Of a stretch of 64,000 nt of DNA, positions 10,154 through 21,676 are shown in pieces. The stretch lies in contig CAVRQT010000003.1 in the NCBI GenBank assembly GCA_963723515.1, positions 448,001 to 512,000 on the forward strand. Reading direction: 5' to 3'. The translations under genes and the position numbers were made by a program. The notes under the pieces were generated by a model. That model was not told the origin of the DNA, did not search any database, and was given only the letters and a program-made list of their open reading frames with translations. The DNA comes from Vulcanimicrobiota bacterium (GTDB taxonomy: Bacteria > Vulcanimicrobiota > Vulcanimicrobiia > Vulcanimicrobiales > Vulcanimicrobiaceae). How positions within the stretch are numbered: the stretch's first letter is position 1; each line of letters starts with the position of its first letter.

Positions 10154-10300
10154 GCCTGTACTGCCGTCACCCTGAGTTGAGCACGGCCTGCATTGAGCGC
10201 CGAACAGCCGCCTGCAGCTCGTCGAGCTAGCCTGCAGCGTCCAGTCGAACAGCCTGCAGCGAGCTTGCCGAGCCTAGCCTGCACTGAGCTCGTCGAAGTG
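10154..10300. repeat. Tandem array of degenerate REP-like units
   Basis: GCCTGYA heads at 10154, 10186, 10210, 10230, 10252, 10277, most with GAGC..GYCGAA remnants, plus GTCACCCTGAG at 10166. Confidence 0.65.
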
Positions 10301-10340
10301 CAAGCAAGCACTTGCATTGATGCCATGCGGATGATAGCAT
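10299..10340 (+). promoter_or_regulatory. Promoter with overlapping palindromic (TetR-type) operator
   Basis: TTGCAT(10312)-17-TAGCAT(10335). Palindrome TGCAAG-N6-CTTGCA at 10299-10316. ATG 10349 is probably near-leaderless. Confidence 0.55.
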
Positions 10341-10348
10341 CGGTCCGT

Positions 10349-10951
10349 ATGCACTCGACTACCCTTCGTCCCGCCTCGGAAGGCACGCGGGAACGCATGC
10401 TGACCGCCGCGCGCGAGATTTTTGCGCGAAAGGGCCCCCACGGTACGACGACTCGGGAAATCGCCGACCGCGCCGGCGTCAATGAAGCAACGCTCTTCCG
10501 ACACTTTGGTAACAAGCGCGCGCTGCTTGACGCCATGAAAGAGTTTTTCTGCCAAGGTCGCGAGGCGCGTCTGCAAACGCTCTATGCCGGACTTAGCGGC
10601 GATCTGGAAGACAATTTGCGCACGATCGGGCGCACGACCGTCGAGGCGATGCACCAAAATATCGATCTGATGCGCGTGGCGCTTTTGGAAGAAACGCTCG
10701 ATCCGGATGCCGCGCGCGTTCCCTGGCGTGCGCCGAACCTCTCGCGAGAGTACTTGACGCGTTTTCTTTCGGAGCACGTTGCGACCGGCGCATTGCACGG
10801 CAACCCAGAGATCTTGGCGCGCTTTTTCATGGGGATGTTCTTTGCCTATACGATGGGACTGCAGTTTTGGAAGAGAGCGCTTTTCGAGAGCGATGAGCAA
10901 GCCGTCACGACGTTCGTGCGGCTTTTTCTCGACGGCGCAAGAGGGTCATAG
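10349..10951 (+). CDS. TetR/AcrR family regulator
   Basis: TRERMLTAAREIFARKGPHGTTTREIADRAGVNEATLFRHFGNK. Confidence 0.93.
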   Translation: MHSTTLRPASEGTRERMLTAAREIFARKGPHGTTTREIADRAGVNEATLFRHFGNKRALLDAMKEFFCQGREARLQTLYAGLSGDLEDNLRTIGRTTVEAMHQNIDLMRVALLEETLDPDAARVPWRAPNLSREYLTRFLSEHVATGALHGNPEILARFFMGMFFAYTMGLQFWKRALFESDEQAVTTFVRLFLDGARGS

Positions 10952-12236
10952 TGGATTCACGTTCGGTTGAACAGCAGCCCGCCCGCACCAGCGGGGACGG
11001 CGGCGCGCAATCCGCGGCTGAAGCGCCCGAAAAAGCCCCCGAAAATCGAATCCAGCGCTGCGAAGGATCGGGATGCTGGTCGGCGCGATCATCGCGATCG
11101 CCATACTCCTCTGGGGTATTCGCTACTTTCTCTACGCACGAACGCACGAATCGACGGATGATGCGAAGGTCGATGCGTCAAGTGTCGCCGTGACGAGCAA
11201 AATCTCCGAGCGCGTCAACCAAATTTACGTGGATACCGATCAGCGCGTGCGCAAGGGACAGCTGCTGATCCAGCTTGACGACAGCGATGAACGTTCGAAA
11301 TACGATCAAGCGAAAGCCGCCGTCATTTCGCAGCGCGCACAAGCCGAAGCTGCGCAAGCCAACGTCACGTTGACGCAGCAAACGGTCGCTGCGCAATCGA
11401 TCGAGAGTATAGGCGGAATAACGCAAGCGCAATCGGGTCAAGCAGAAACGGGTGCAGCAGGCGCCGCCGTTAGCGAAGCTGAGGCGCAGGTGCCCGCTGC
11501 GCAAGAAGCATACGCCAAAGCAGAGGCGGATCTCGCGCGAACCCAGTCCTTGGTCGGCACCGGCGATTTGCCGCGCCAGCAGCTCGATGCGGCAAGGGCC
11601 GCCGCGGCCGCCGCCGCCTCGCAGTATCAAGCCACGCTCGCAAACGTATCGGCGGCTCGCGAGCGGTTGTCCGCTGCGCAGTCGCAGGCGACCGGGTCGC
11701 TGCAAACCGCGCACGGCAAGTATCAGGAAGCGTCCGCTCCGAGTCGCGTTGCGGCCTCCGAAGCCCAAGCGCACGCCGCATTTGCAACGGTCGCCAATGC
11801 GCAAGCGCAACTCCAGTTGGCGTCCGACCAATTGGCAAATACGCGCATCGTCGCGCCGGTCGACGGGTCGGTCGGTGAAAAGGACGTCGAGGTCGGTCAA
11901 ACGGTCGGTCAGGGCGTGACGCTCTTAACGATCATCCCGGCGCAGAACATCTACATCACGGCGAACTTTAAAGAGACGCAGATCGGCGACATGCGGGCGG
12001 GACAGCCGGTTGATATTTCTATCGACGCTTACAAGGGCGTTGCGTTCCACGGTCACGTCATCGCGATCAATCCGGCTTCGCAGAGCACGTATTCGCTGAT
12101 TCCGCCGCAAAACGCCAGCGGGAATTTCATTAAAGTGACGCAGCGTATCCCCGTAAAGATCTCCATCGACGATGCTCGGCCCGATATGCCGCTTCGCCCC
12201 GGCATGTCGGTCGAATCGTCGGTGAAGGTCAAGTAA
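10951..12236 (+). CDS. EmrA/HlyD-family efflux adaptor (frameshift near 11070)
   Basis: ESTDDAKV, ITANFKETQI, LIPPQNASGNFIKVTQRIPVKI, LRPGMSV. Confidence 0.9.
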
Positions 12237-14221
12237 TGCGCGCGGCTTACCGCTATGCGCTCATTGCACTCGCTCTGCTGATTCCGGCTTTCGCAGGCAC
12301 GTCCGCCGTCGCGCAGCTGCCACCCCAGAGCGCGCCCTCCGCTCAGCCGTCGCCTCAGCCATCTGTGCAGCCGATTTTCCAGTTGCCCTCACCGCAACCA
12401 CAGGCGAGCGAACAGCCACAGTCGCGCGGCGCGCCGGCGCCGCAAGTGACTCCGCAATTTTTGCCGCAACCTAGCGCGGCGCCCCAAGGCGCGCCGCGCT
12501 TGCCCCCGCCGCCGCAACCCCAATATTTGCCGCGAGTTCCAAACGTTGCGCCGGGATATATCGCGCCGCCGGTTCGCGTTCCAAACGTTGAGCTCGTGGG
12601 CGTTGCCCAAGAACCGTTTGTGGGTCTGCGCTTGAGCGATGCGGTCGCAATGGCATTGACGCGCAACAACGATTTGGCCGTTGCGCAATCGAACCGGCGC
12701 ATCGCCGGCTATCAGATCGTCGCGGCGCGCGGCGCGTTCGACGTGCGGTTCATGGTGCAGCCAAGCTACACGTACTCCGCTCAGGCGCCGGAAAATGCGT
12801 TTTTCGCGGGCCCGAATTTCGGGCCGATCGTTCAACAGCAGTTCGGCGTGAGCACCGGCATCAATGGGATCACGCAGGGCGGGCAGCAGTATTCCGTCAC
12901 CGCTTCAGGCAGCCGCATCAACAACAACACGACGATCAACACGTTCAATCCGACCTATCCCACGGCACTCGGGTTCAACTTGACGCAGCCTCTCGCGCGC
13001 GGCGCCGTTGAAAATGAACCTCGCCGGGCCTTGCAGCTCGCCACCGCAAATGCGCGCGGCTCAACGGCACAGGCGCTGCTCAGCGCCTCAAACGTTATTG
13101 CGAACGTAGAAGACGCATATTGGGATTTGGTTGCGGCATGGCGCGATGTGGCGATTCAAGAGGAAGCATTGCGAGAAGCGCGCGCGCAAGCGCAAAGCAA
13201 CGCTCGGCTGGCGCGGGAAGGCGTTAGTGCGCCGATCGATCTGCTGCAATCGAACACGCAGGTCAACGTCTTTCAAGACAACGTCTTTTCGGCGTTGCAG
13301 AACGTTGCTCGCTTGCAGAATCAACTCAAGCAGCTGATTCTCTCGGACCCGAGTGACCAAATTTGGCTTGCGAACCTTGTGCCGATGTCGCCCGTATTGC
13401 AGCTCCCGCCGGAGCCGACGCTTGCCGACGTCGTTGCGCGCGCACTGGCCAATCGTCCGGAGATCGATCAATTACGCGCCGCCCGTGAGTCGGCCGACGT
13501 TAACCTTGCCTTCGCGCGCGAACAGTTAAAGCCGCAGTTCGACCTGCAGCTCGGCTATACGAGCAACGGTTTCGCCGGACAGGAGATTCCCGTCCAAAAT
13601 ATACCGTTTCTGGAAAGCCAAATTCAGCAAACGATCACGATCAACGAGCTGGTCGCGTTCGTCAACAAGCAACTGCCGCCCAACAAACAGATTCCGTTTA
13701 TTGTGCCGCAAAATCAAACGCCCCCGAGTTATCTCGTCGGCGGCTTGAGTCAGTCGCTGAACAATCTCGTCAACGCGCGTTTCCCAATGTACCAGGCGGG
13801 GGTTCAATACAGCATACCGTTCGGAAACAACACCGCCAAGGCGAATTACGCGATCGCGCAAGAGCAGATTCGCCAAACGCAGTTTAATGAGGCGGCGTTG
13901 ATCCAGCGCATTGCGGCCGAGTCGCGCAATGCGCTGCAAGCGTATCGCTCGGCGCGCTACCGTCTCATCGCCGCTCGCTCCGCGCGCCAAGCGTCCGAGA
14001 AGGTTCTTGCCAGCGAGATGCGCCGCTTTCGCGCCGGTGTTTCGACGACGTATTTCGTCCTGCAGCGGCAGCTCGATCTCGCGAATAACCGCGGCCGCGA
14101 GCTCCAGGCGCAGACCGACTTAAATAAGGCGGTCGTCGAGCTTCAGCGGGTTACCGGCTCGATCTTACGAGACAACAACATCGACGCGACGACGATCGGC
14201 GCTGCGCCATATAACCGCTAA
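12236..14221 (+). CDS. TolC-family outer membrane efflux protein
   Basis: Signal peptide, Pro/Gln linker, VEDAYWDLV, ALANRPEI, RRFRAGVSTTYFVLQRQ. Confidence 0.88.
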   Translation: MRAAYRYALIALALLIPAFAGTSAVAQLPPQSAPSAQPSPQPSVQPIFQLPSPQPQASEQPQSRGAPAPQVTPQFLPQPSAAPQGAPRLPPPPQPQYLPRVPNVAPGYIAPPVRVPNVELVGVAQEPFVGLRLSDAVAMALTRNNDLAVAQSNRRIAGYQIVAARGAFDVRFMVQPSYTYSAQAPENAFFAGPNFGPIVQQQFGVSTGINGITQGGQQYSVTASGSRINNNTTINTFNPTYPTALGFNLTQPLARGAVENEPRRALQLATANARGSTAQALLSASNVIANVEDAYWDLVAAWRDVAIQEEALREARAQAQSNARLAREGVSAPIDLLQSNTQVNVFQDNVFSALQNVARLQNQLKQLILSDPSDQIWLANLVPMSPVLQLPPEPTLADVVARALANRPEIDQLRAARESADVNLAFAREQLKPQFDLQLGYTSNGFAGQEIPVQNIPFLESQIQQTITINELVAFVNKQLPPNKQIPFIVPQNQTPPSYLVGGLSQSLNNLVNARFPMYQAGVQYSIPFGNNTAKANYAIAQEQIRQTQFNEAALIQRIAAESRNALQAYRSARYRLIAARSARQASEKVLASEMRRFRAGVSTTYFVLQRQLDLANNRGRELQAQTDLNKAVVELQRVTGSILRDNNIDATTIGAAPYNR

Positions 14222-14223
14222 CG

Positions 14224-14585
14224 TCAGTTCTTTTTCGCGTATCCTCTGCCCGGAGAAGTGGAGCGACACGTAACGCTCATCTCCGATCACGCGGCTATCG
14301 TGACCCGGCGGGATGTGGAAGACGTCGCCCTCACGCATTTCGATGACGTGCCGTCGTCGAATTCGGCGGTCGCGGCACCGGAGACACCATCCCATGATGT
14401 TCCGTTTGGCATCGCGATTGACCAAGAGCCTTGCCGATGTCACGCGACCAAACCCACCCCGGTTCGTAAATGGCCATGCCAACGGTCATCTCGCCGAGCG
14501 TCAGACCATAGAAGTGGCCGTTCGGAAAGGTGCGCGTTGAATCGGGGCTGTCAAAACGTTTTAAGGTCATCTTCGATTTCGTCAT
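14224..14585 (-). CDS. Cupin-domain protein (several frameshifts)
   Basis: KRFDSPD..YEPGWVWS..CQTEHHG, then in another frame GDVFHIPPGHDSRVIGDERYVSLHF. Confidence 0.7.
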
Positions 14586-15334
14586 GCTCTCCTTGATTTA
14601 GGATATGCGCGGTATCCAGTAGCGCCGCAGCGGCACGGTCGACCAGCCACGTTACTGTCCCATCGACGGGCTTCACAATCTGAACCGGATATTTCTGCGG
14701 ATCGTACGGTCCCTGTAAGGCCGCCGCCAGCGCAGTCGCCTTCTGCGTTCCCTCCGTTGCAATGACGACATGCCGGGCGCTATTGATGACGCGCGGCGTC
14801 ATCGTGAGCCGATACTTTTGAAATTTCGGAACGAACGGCGCTCTGACGAGCATCGCGTCGTCTTCGATCGGTGAGGTTCCGGGAAAGAGCGATGCGGTGT
14901 GTCCGTCCGGACCCATGCCCAGCAAGATCACGTCAAAGCGCGGCGGCTCGCCCATGTCGGCGACCAGAACTTTCGCATATGCCGCTGCGGCAGCGCGCGG
15001 CTCATCCTCGCCGTGCATGCGGTGAACGTTGCCAAGCGGTATGTCGATGCGTGAAAGGAACGCTTGGTTCGCCATTCTGTAATTCGATTGCGGATCGTCC
15101 GGCGGCACGCACCGCTCATCGCTGAAATAGATGAAGACGTCTTTCCAAAAGATCGACGCTGCTGCGCGGCTCTTCTGCGAGCAGCGTGTATGCGGCTTTC
15201 GGCGTTGTTCCACCGGAGAGCGCAACGCGAAATCGGCCGCTTTCCGCAATCGCGACGCGCGCCGAATCGATAAAGAGATCCGCTAGCGCTTGGGCAACTT
15301 GTGCCGGGCTCTCGAAAATCTGCAAGTCGGGCAA
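14551..15334 (-). CDS. pgl: 6-phosphogluconolactonase (frameshift near 15150-15190)
   Basis: VALSGGTTP, DERCVPPDDPQSNY, LLGMGPDGHTASLFPG. Confidence 0.92.
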
Positions 15335-15335
15335 T

Positions 15336-16343
15336 TTACGCGGGCGGTCCCCCGTTATCGAACTGCAGCAGATCGCAGAGCACCTGCAGCGCGCTCTCAA
15401 AGACCTCATCTTTGGAGTTGAAGAGAAAGGCCTTCTCCATGAGCGTCAGGTTGTCGATATCATGCAGCGGCATGCAGCGTTTTCGTTTTTGATCGCTGAC
15501 GCTTAAGCAGACCGTATCTTGCGATTCCGAGAGATCGGCGGCAAAGGTTCGCTCCGGCGTCGAAAGCGCGACACGAACGACGCGGCGCAATCCGCCTTTG
15601 CGCTCCATGTTCACGGCAATCCGTTTGCCGGCGCGGTCGCGCAAGGCGAACCGTTCGGACGGCTTCCATTGCAGCCGGCTCGCAAGCCAGCCGACGATGT
15701 AGAAGGCTTCAGCAGAAGATCCGGAGGCGATCTCGAGCGATTCGATTTGCGTGAGGTCCTCGAGAAACTGCGGGTCGTCAAAGAATTGCGCGACCATATC
15801 TTGCCATGGAAGCAGCCGCATGTATGCGAGGTCGCGCAGGAGAATCGCGTGCGAGCGTTGTGAGAAGTTCGCTAATTCACAGACGGCCGTCGGTGCGCCG
15901 TCCACGCCCGATGAATCGACGATCAGCACATCCATCAGCGGCAGCATCTGGTCGAAGAGCTCGTGTTCGTTCAGACTGCGGCTCGTCCACCAGAGAACGT
16001 CCGGAATGTCGCTGATCCGCAACGCGTTGACGCTCGAGGAGATCGTCTGTGCCGAGAGGCCGCCGACGCCGAGCTCGATTCGTTCGGCGTTGATCGTTGC
16101 GCCTTCGGCGACGCGCTCGCAGCTCTCGACATTTGCCGACGTCTCGCGCGTCGCATCGAGAATCATGACGCGCGCGGGATACTTTTCGCAAAAGTCTTCG
16201 GCCCGGCGCAACGCTCGTTGGTGTTGCGAACGATCGTCGATATAAACGACGAGATTCATCGTCGTCGCCGTTGTCGCGCCTTGGCGGCTGCGGCTTTCCT
16301 TCAGGCGCTGTTCGATTCCGGCGACGTCGATCGTCGTGCTCAA
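15336..16343 (-). CDS. opcA: G6PDH assembly protein OpcA
   Basis: ATTMNLVV, PARVMIL, DIPDVLWW, DLAY.RL.PW, GWLASRLQW. Located directly after zwf. Confidence 0.85.
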   Translation of the reverse strand: MSTTIDVAGIEQRLKESRSRQGATTATTMNLVVYIDDRSQHQRALRRAEDFCEKYPARVMILDATRETSANVESCERVAEGATINAERIELGVGGLSAQTISSSVNALRISDIPDVLWWTSRSLNEHELFDQMLPLMDVLIVDSSGVDGAPTAVCELANFSQRSHAILLRDLAYMRLLPWQDMVAQFFDDPQFLEDLTQIESLEIASGSSAEAFYIVGWLASRLQWKPSERFALRDRAGKRIAVNMERKGGLRRVVRVALSTPERTFAADLSESQDTVCLSVSDQKRKRCMPLHDIDNLTLMEKAFLFNSKDEVFESALQVLCDLLQFDNGGPPA

Positions 16344-17915
16344 ATTCGTCTCCACGCATGGCCGTCGGCTTGGAGCAGTCGATCTGCCGCGCTTGGGCCT
16401 TGCGATCCGGCGGCATAGTTGGGAAACGACGGATCCTTCGTGCTCTGCCACACGTCCAAAATTGGCATCACGATTTCCCACGCCCGCTGCACCGCGTCCC
16501 AGCGCGTGAACAAGGTCGCATCGCCGCGAATTGCGTCGCCGATCAGCCGCTCGTACGCGGGCGCCGACTCGATCCCGAAGCCGGTTCCGTAATTGAAATC
16601 CATGTTGACGCCGCGGATGTGATTCTTCGGCCCTGGCACTTTGGCGTTAAAGCGCAGCGTGACGCCTTCGTCCGGCTGAATCTTCATGACGAGGACATTC
16701 GATTCAATCTCATCGCTGCGCTCGCCGAAGAGTCGTTGCGGGATCGAGCAGAAACGCACTGCGATCTCCGAAACCTTGCGTGCTAAGCGTTTTCCGCTGC
16801 GTAAATAAAACGGAATCCCTGCCCACCGCCAATTGTCTACGTATAATTTGACGGCGGCGTACGTCTCGGTGTTCGAATCGGGCGCGACGTCTTTTTCCTC
16901 ACGGTAACCGATCGCCGCTTGGCCGTCGATGACGCCGGAGCCGTATTGACCGCGCGCGCTGCGCTGCGACGACATCTTCCGTTCCGAACGCATGAACCGC
17001 GGAAAGCACCTTGTATTTCTCATTGCGAATGGCATCCGCGTCCGAGCCGGCCGGCGGTTCCATCGCAACGAGCGCGAGCAAGTTGATGACATGATTTTGA
17101 ATCATGTCGCGGAGCGCGCCGGCGTGATCGTAGTACCCGCCGCGCTGCTCGACGCCGAGCGTCTCCGCCGCCGTGATCTGCACGCCGTCGATATAGCGGC
17201 GATTCCAGATTGGTTCGAAGATCATGTTGGCAAAGCGCAGCGCCATGATGTCTTGCACCGGCTCTTTGCCCAAGTAGTGGTCGATCCGATACACTTGGCT
17301 CTCGTCGAACACTTTTTCGACTTCGGCTTGCAAGCTGCGCGCGGAATTGAGGTCGGTTCCGAAGGGCTTCTCGACGATGATCCGCGTCCAGCCCTTCGTG
17401 TTCGAACGTGGGTCGAGGGCGGCGGATTTGATCTGCGAGATGATCGTCGGAAAAACTTGGGGCGGTGTCGAGAGATAGAAGAGGACGTTGCCTTTGGTAC
17501 CAAACTGAGAATCGTTTTCCGCGAACTTCTTTTTGAGCTGGTTGTAGTCCGACGTATCGGTGAACTCGCCCGTGATATACGAGATGTGCTCGGCGAAATC
17601 GCTCCAGAGCGGGTCCTTCGCTGGGCCGGAGCGTGAGAACTGATCGACGCTCTGCTTGCAGTAGTCGCGAAACTGCCCATCGGAAAACTTTGTGCGCGAG
17701 TAGCCGACGATCGCAAATGCGCTCGGCAAGATGTCGTTCAGACGCAGATTGTAGAGCGCCGGCAGCAGCATCCGTTTGAAGAGGTCGCCGCTCGCGCCGA
17801 AAAAGACGAGCGTGCATGGATCGGTGATGCGATCGCTTTCGAGCCCAGCCCGGAGAGGATTGACGGTTTGACCGTCGGCTGCCGCCTTGCTTGATGCGGC
17901 AGCAGTTTCAGCCAT
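16340..17915 (-). CDS. zwf: Glucose-6-phosphate 1-dehydrogenase (frameshift near 16960-16975)
   Basis: FGASGDL, VEKPFG, YRIDHYLGKE, RDMIQNH, NWRWAGIPFYLRSGK. Confidence 0.96.
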
Positions 17916-18816
17916 GCGTCTCTTCCGGCTTTACCGCGTGGCCGCCGAACTGTTGGCGCAACGCTGCAACAACTTTCGCGCTGAACGATTCGTCTTGCCG
18001 CGATACAAAGCGCGATAGCAACGAAAGGGTAATGACGGGCGCCGGCACGCTTTCGTCAATCGCGGCTTGTACCGTCCACCGTCCTTCGCCGGTGTCATCG
18101 ACATAGCCGCGGATGTTCTTCAGGCCCGGATCTTCTTTGAAGGCGCGCACGGCGAGTTCGAGCAGCCACGAGCGAACGACGCTTGCATGCGTCCAGAGTT
18201 CGGCCAACTGGCCCAGGTCGAATTTGAACGGCGAGCGCTCGAGGATTTCAAAACCTTCGCCATACGCGGCGAGCAAGCCGTATTCGATTCCGTTATGCAC
18301 CATCTTCGAAAAGTGTCCGGCGCCCGGAGGACCGACGTGCGCGTAGCCGCCGGGCGGCGCGAGCGTCAAGAAGATCGGCTCGCAGGTTTTGACCGCTTGA
18401 TCGTCGCCGCCGACCATCAAGCAGTAGCCGTTTTCAAGTCCCCAAATTCCACCGCTCGTTCCGGCGTCAACAAGCGACACATTCCTTGCCCGCGCACGCT
18501 GCGCGGCGGCAAGTCCCTCGGTCCACTTCGTGTTGCCGCCGTCAATCAAGATGTCGCCGGCAGAGAGCAGCTCGAGCAGTGCATCGATCGTCTCATCCGT
18601 CGGCGCCCCCGCGGGCACCATCAGCCAAACGATGCGCGGCGGCGAGAGTTTGCTCACGAGCTCTTTGAGGGAGCCGGCTCCCGTCGCGCCCCCTGACGCG
18701 ACGCTTTTAACGGCCTCCGCGCTGCGGTCGTATGCGACAATTTCATGGCCGCCGCGAATCAGCCGCGTCGTCATATTCGCGCCCATTTTGCCGAGGCCAA
18801 CCATTCCGAGTTTCAT
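17908..18816 (-). CDS. gnd: 6-phosphogluconate dehydrogenase, short form
   Basis: GLGKMG, IDGGN, DAGTSGG, KMVHNGIEYG, DTGEGRWT. Confidence 0.96.
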   Translation of the reverse strand: MKLGMVGLGKMGANMTTRLIRGGHEIVAYDRSAEAVKSVASGGATGAGSLKELVSKLSPPRIVWLMVPAGAPTDETIDALLELLSAGDILIDGGNTKWTEGLAAAQRARARNVSLVDAGTSGGIWGLENGYCLMVGGDDQAVKTCEPIFLTLAPPGGYAHVGPPGAGHFSKMVHNGIEYGLLAAYGEGFEILERSPFKFDLGQLAELWTHASVVRSWLLELAVRAFKEDPGLKNIRGYVDDTGEGRWTVQAAIDESVPAPVITLSLLSRFVSRQDESFSAKVVAALRQQFGGHAVKPEETHG

Positions 18817-18834
18817 TTAGAAGGCGCTCAGTCT

Positions 18835-21667
18835 CTAAGCCATCAAGGCGTCGTTGATGTGGTTTGCGAGCGCCTGCAGGCCGGCTTCGATATCACCTTT
18901 GAGGTGAATGCGCATTCCGCGCCGCTGACGTTTGTCGAGCGATTGAAAATCACCCAGCGCCTGCGCCGTCTCGAGCGTTCGAAAACCCGTCATGCCGGGA
19001 ATTTGCAGATCGAACGGCGCGTCGGCCGTGATCTGCAAGAAGACGCCGGTGCCGGGGCCGCCTTTATGCAGTTGTCCCGTCGAGTGCAGAAAGCGTGGCC
19101 CAAATCCGACGGTCGTCGCGACGCGATGTGCGTCTCGAATCTTGACGCGCATATCGCGCAGGATGGCGATGTGGGCGTCGTTGCGCGCGATGTATGCCGT
19201 GAACGCGAAGTAATCGTGCGACTGAATCTGCGCGAAGACGTCGGCCATCGCGCGGTTGACGTCGTTTGCGGCGATCGATTTGCTGCCCGAGAGATACGTG
19301 ACGTCGAGCGCGTCGTTCGAAACATTGACGGCCGGCTCGCTGAACCTGCCTTTTTGATCTTTCTCCTCGAGCAGCGCCTTTGTATTGTCTTTTGATTCTT
19401 GCACGTTGGGCTGATCGAACGCGTTGATGCCGATGATCGAGCCGGCAACCGCCGTTGCGATTTCCCACAGATAGAACTGCTCGCCGAGATCGTAGCGGTC
19501 GTTCATCGCCAGCCGAATGACGGGGTGACCGGCTTCCTCCAGCGTTGCGAGCGCCGATTCGGTTGCCGGATCTGCCTCCGGCAAACCGCTGCCGACGTAG
19601 ACGAAGACGCGATCGTCTCCGTAAGATGACGGCGCGCCAAGCGGCTCCCCTTCGATCGGAACGATGCCTTTGCCGAGTTTGCCGGTTGACTCCGCGATCA
19701 ACTGCTCCGCCCATGCGCCGAACGCCTCGACGTGCGGATGCGTCACGATCGTCAGTTTATCGCGACCGCGGTTGGCCAATGCACCGATCGCGGCACCGAA
19801 GCGAACGCCGGGCGCATCCTTCGCTGCGATCGTCTTCTCGTTTGCGTGCATCGCGCCGAGCCCCCGATCCAACAACAAGTTGATGTCGTAGCCGGCAAGC
19901 GCCGCCGGCACCACTCCGAAGTACGAGAGGGCCGAATACCGGCCGCCGATGTTCGGATCGTTGACGAAAACGGAGCAAAACTTATTTGCTTTCGCTTCGG
20001 CTTCAAGTTTTGTTCCCGGATCCGTAATGGCGATGAAGTGGCTGCCGGCCTTCGATGAGCCTGCCGCACGACTGATCTTCTCATGAAAGTAGCGGTAGAA
20101 CGCATCAGGCTCCGTCGTCGTGCCGCTCTTGCTCGCGACGATGAACAGCGTCTCCATTAAATCGATGTGCTTCTCTAATTCTGCGATTTGCACCGGATCG
20201 GTCGAATCAAGAACGTGTAAACGTGGAAAACGATCGATCTTTCCGAAGGTCGCGCGCAAGATATCCGGTGCGAGCGAGCTGCCACCCATGCCGAGGACGA
20301 CGACGTGCGAGAACTTCTGCGCAACCTCTTGCGCGAAGGCTTGCACGTTCGGAACGTTTTCCAGGATATGTTGCGGAATGTCGAGCCAGCCGAGCGCGGT
20401 CTTGATGATGTCGGCCGCTTGCGGGTCAGTTCGTCCAGAGCGTCGTGTCCTTGGCCCAAATCCGCTTTAAGAAGTCTTCTTTTCCGAGCTGGTCCAGCGT
20501 TTGCTCGTAGGCGCCCGTCGCATCGCCCAGTTGCAGTGCGACTCGTTGCAAGCCGCCCGAGAGCTGTTTTTGTTTGTAGACGATCGCGCCAAGCAGCGCC
20601 GCAAACGAATCTGCAAAGGCGGCGACGCCCTCGCGCACGAGCTTGCTCGTCACTTCGTAAAGCGAGATGCTGGCGTCGCGCAGCGACTGCATGACCGCGC
20701 GCGCACCGTCGAGATCTTCGAGGATGGCGTCAGAGCGAATATTGCCATGGTCGAGCAGCGCGTCATAGGTTCCCGGCGGCATCGTATTGACGGTGTTTCG
20801 GGCGACGATGTTCTCGACGTACATGAGATCGGGGTACGTCGGATTCTTCGTTGAGGTGCTTGCCCAAAGCGGGCGCTGGACTTTCGCGCCGGCCGCGCGC
20901 AGCTCCGCAAATGCGGGCCCTTCGAAGAGCGAGAGGTAGCTTTGGTAGGCGAGTTTCAGATTCGCGATGCCGGTTTTCCCGTGCAGATCCGCGAGCTGCT
21001 TTTCGCCCTTGGCAATTCGTTCGTCGATCAGTTTATCGACCGCCGTGTCGATGCGGCTCACGAAAAAACTGTTGACCGAGTGAATGTTGTCGACCGGCTG
21101 TCCCGCTTTCAGACGGCGTTGCAGCCCGTTGATGTAGGCGCGCGCCGTCTTCTCGTACATGTCGACGGAGAAGATCAGCGTGACGTTGATGTTGAGCCCT
21201 TCGGCGATGCATTCTTCGATTGCCGGTACGCCTTCCGCGGTTCCCGGAATCTTCACCATCAAATTCGGCCGGTTGACGCGCTTCCAAATCTCTTTGGCGG
21301 CGGCGATCGTCCCCGCGGTGTCGTGCGCCAGCAGCGGCGAGACTTCTAAACTGACGAAGCCGTCATTTCCATCCAGAGAGTCGTACACCGGACGGAAGAG
21401 GTCGCACGCGGTCTCGATGTCCTTGACGGCGAGCTCCCAAAAGAGCGTTTGCGCATCGTGCTCGCGGCCGATCAGAGAGCGCAGTTGCTCGTCGTAGTCG
21501 TTGCCGGTCCCAATCGCTTTCTCGAAGATCGTCGGATTGGAAGTCATGCCGCGCAAGCCTTGATCGATCATCCGCTGCAGCTCACCTGAAGCAAACATGC
21601 TGCGGCGCAAGTTGTCGATCCAAACGCTCTGTCCGGCGTCGGCGAGTTGTTGCAGGTGTTGTTCCAT
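18835..21667 (-). CDS. Bifunctional transaldolase/phosphoglucose isomerase (frameshift near 20430)
   Basis: Tal: TSNPTIF, VSLEVSP, VKIPGT, RPLWASTSTK. Pgi: GMGGSSL, SKSGTT, GGRYS, EQLIAESTGK, FDQPNV. Removing one base restores WTNDP..LGWL. Confidence 0.9.
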
Positions 21668-21676
21668 GAGTCTCCC

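Noticed and set aside
10154..10300. CRISPR array
   Set aside because: The conserved part is ~7 nt, the period is 20-32 nt, the intervening sequences resemble each other and REP cores, and no cas genes are present.
10193..10348. N-terminal extension of TetR in the ORF track
   Set aside because: It is a translation of the repeat array and promoter. The real start is probably ATG 10349.
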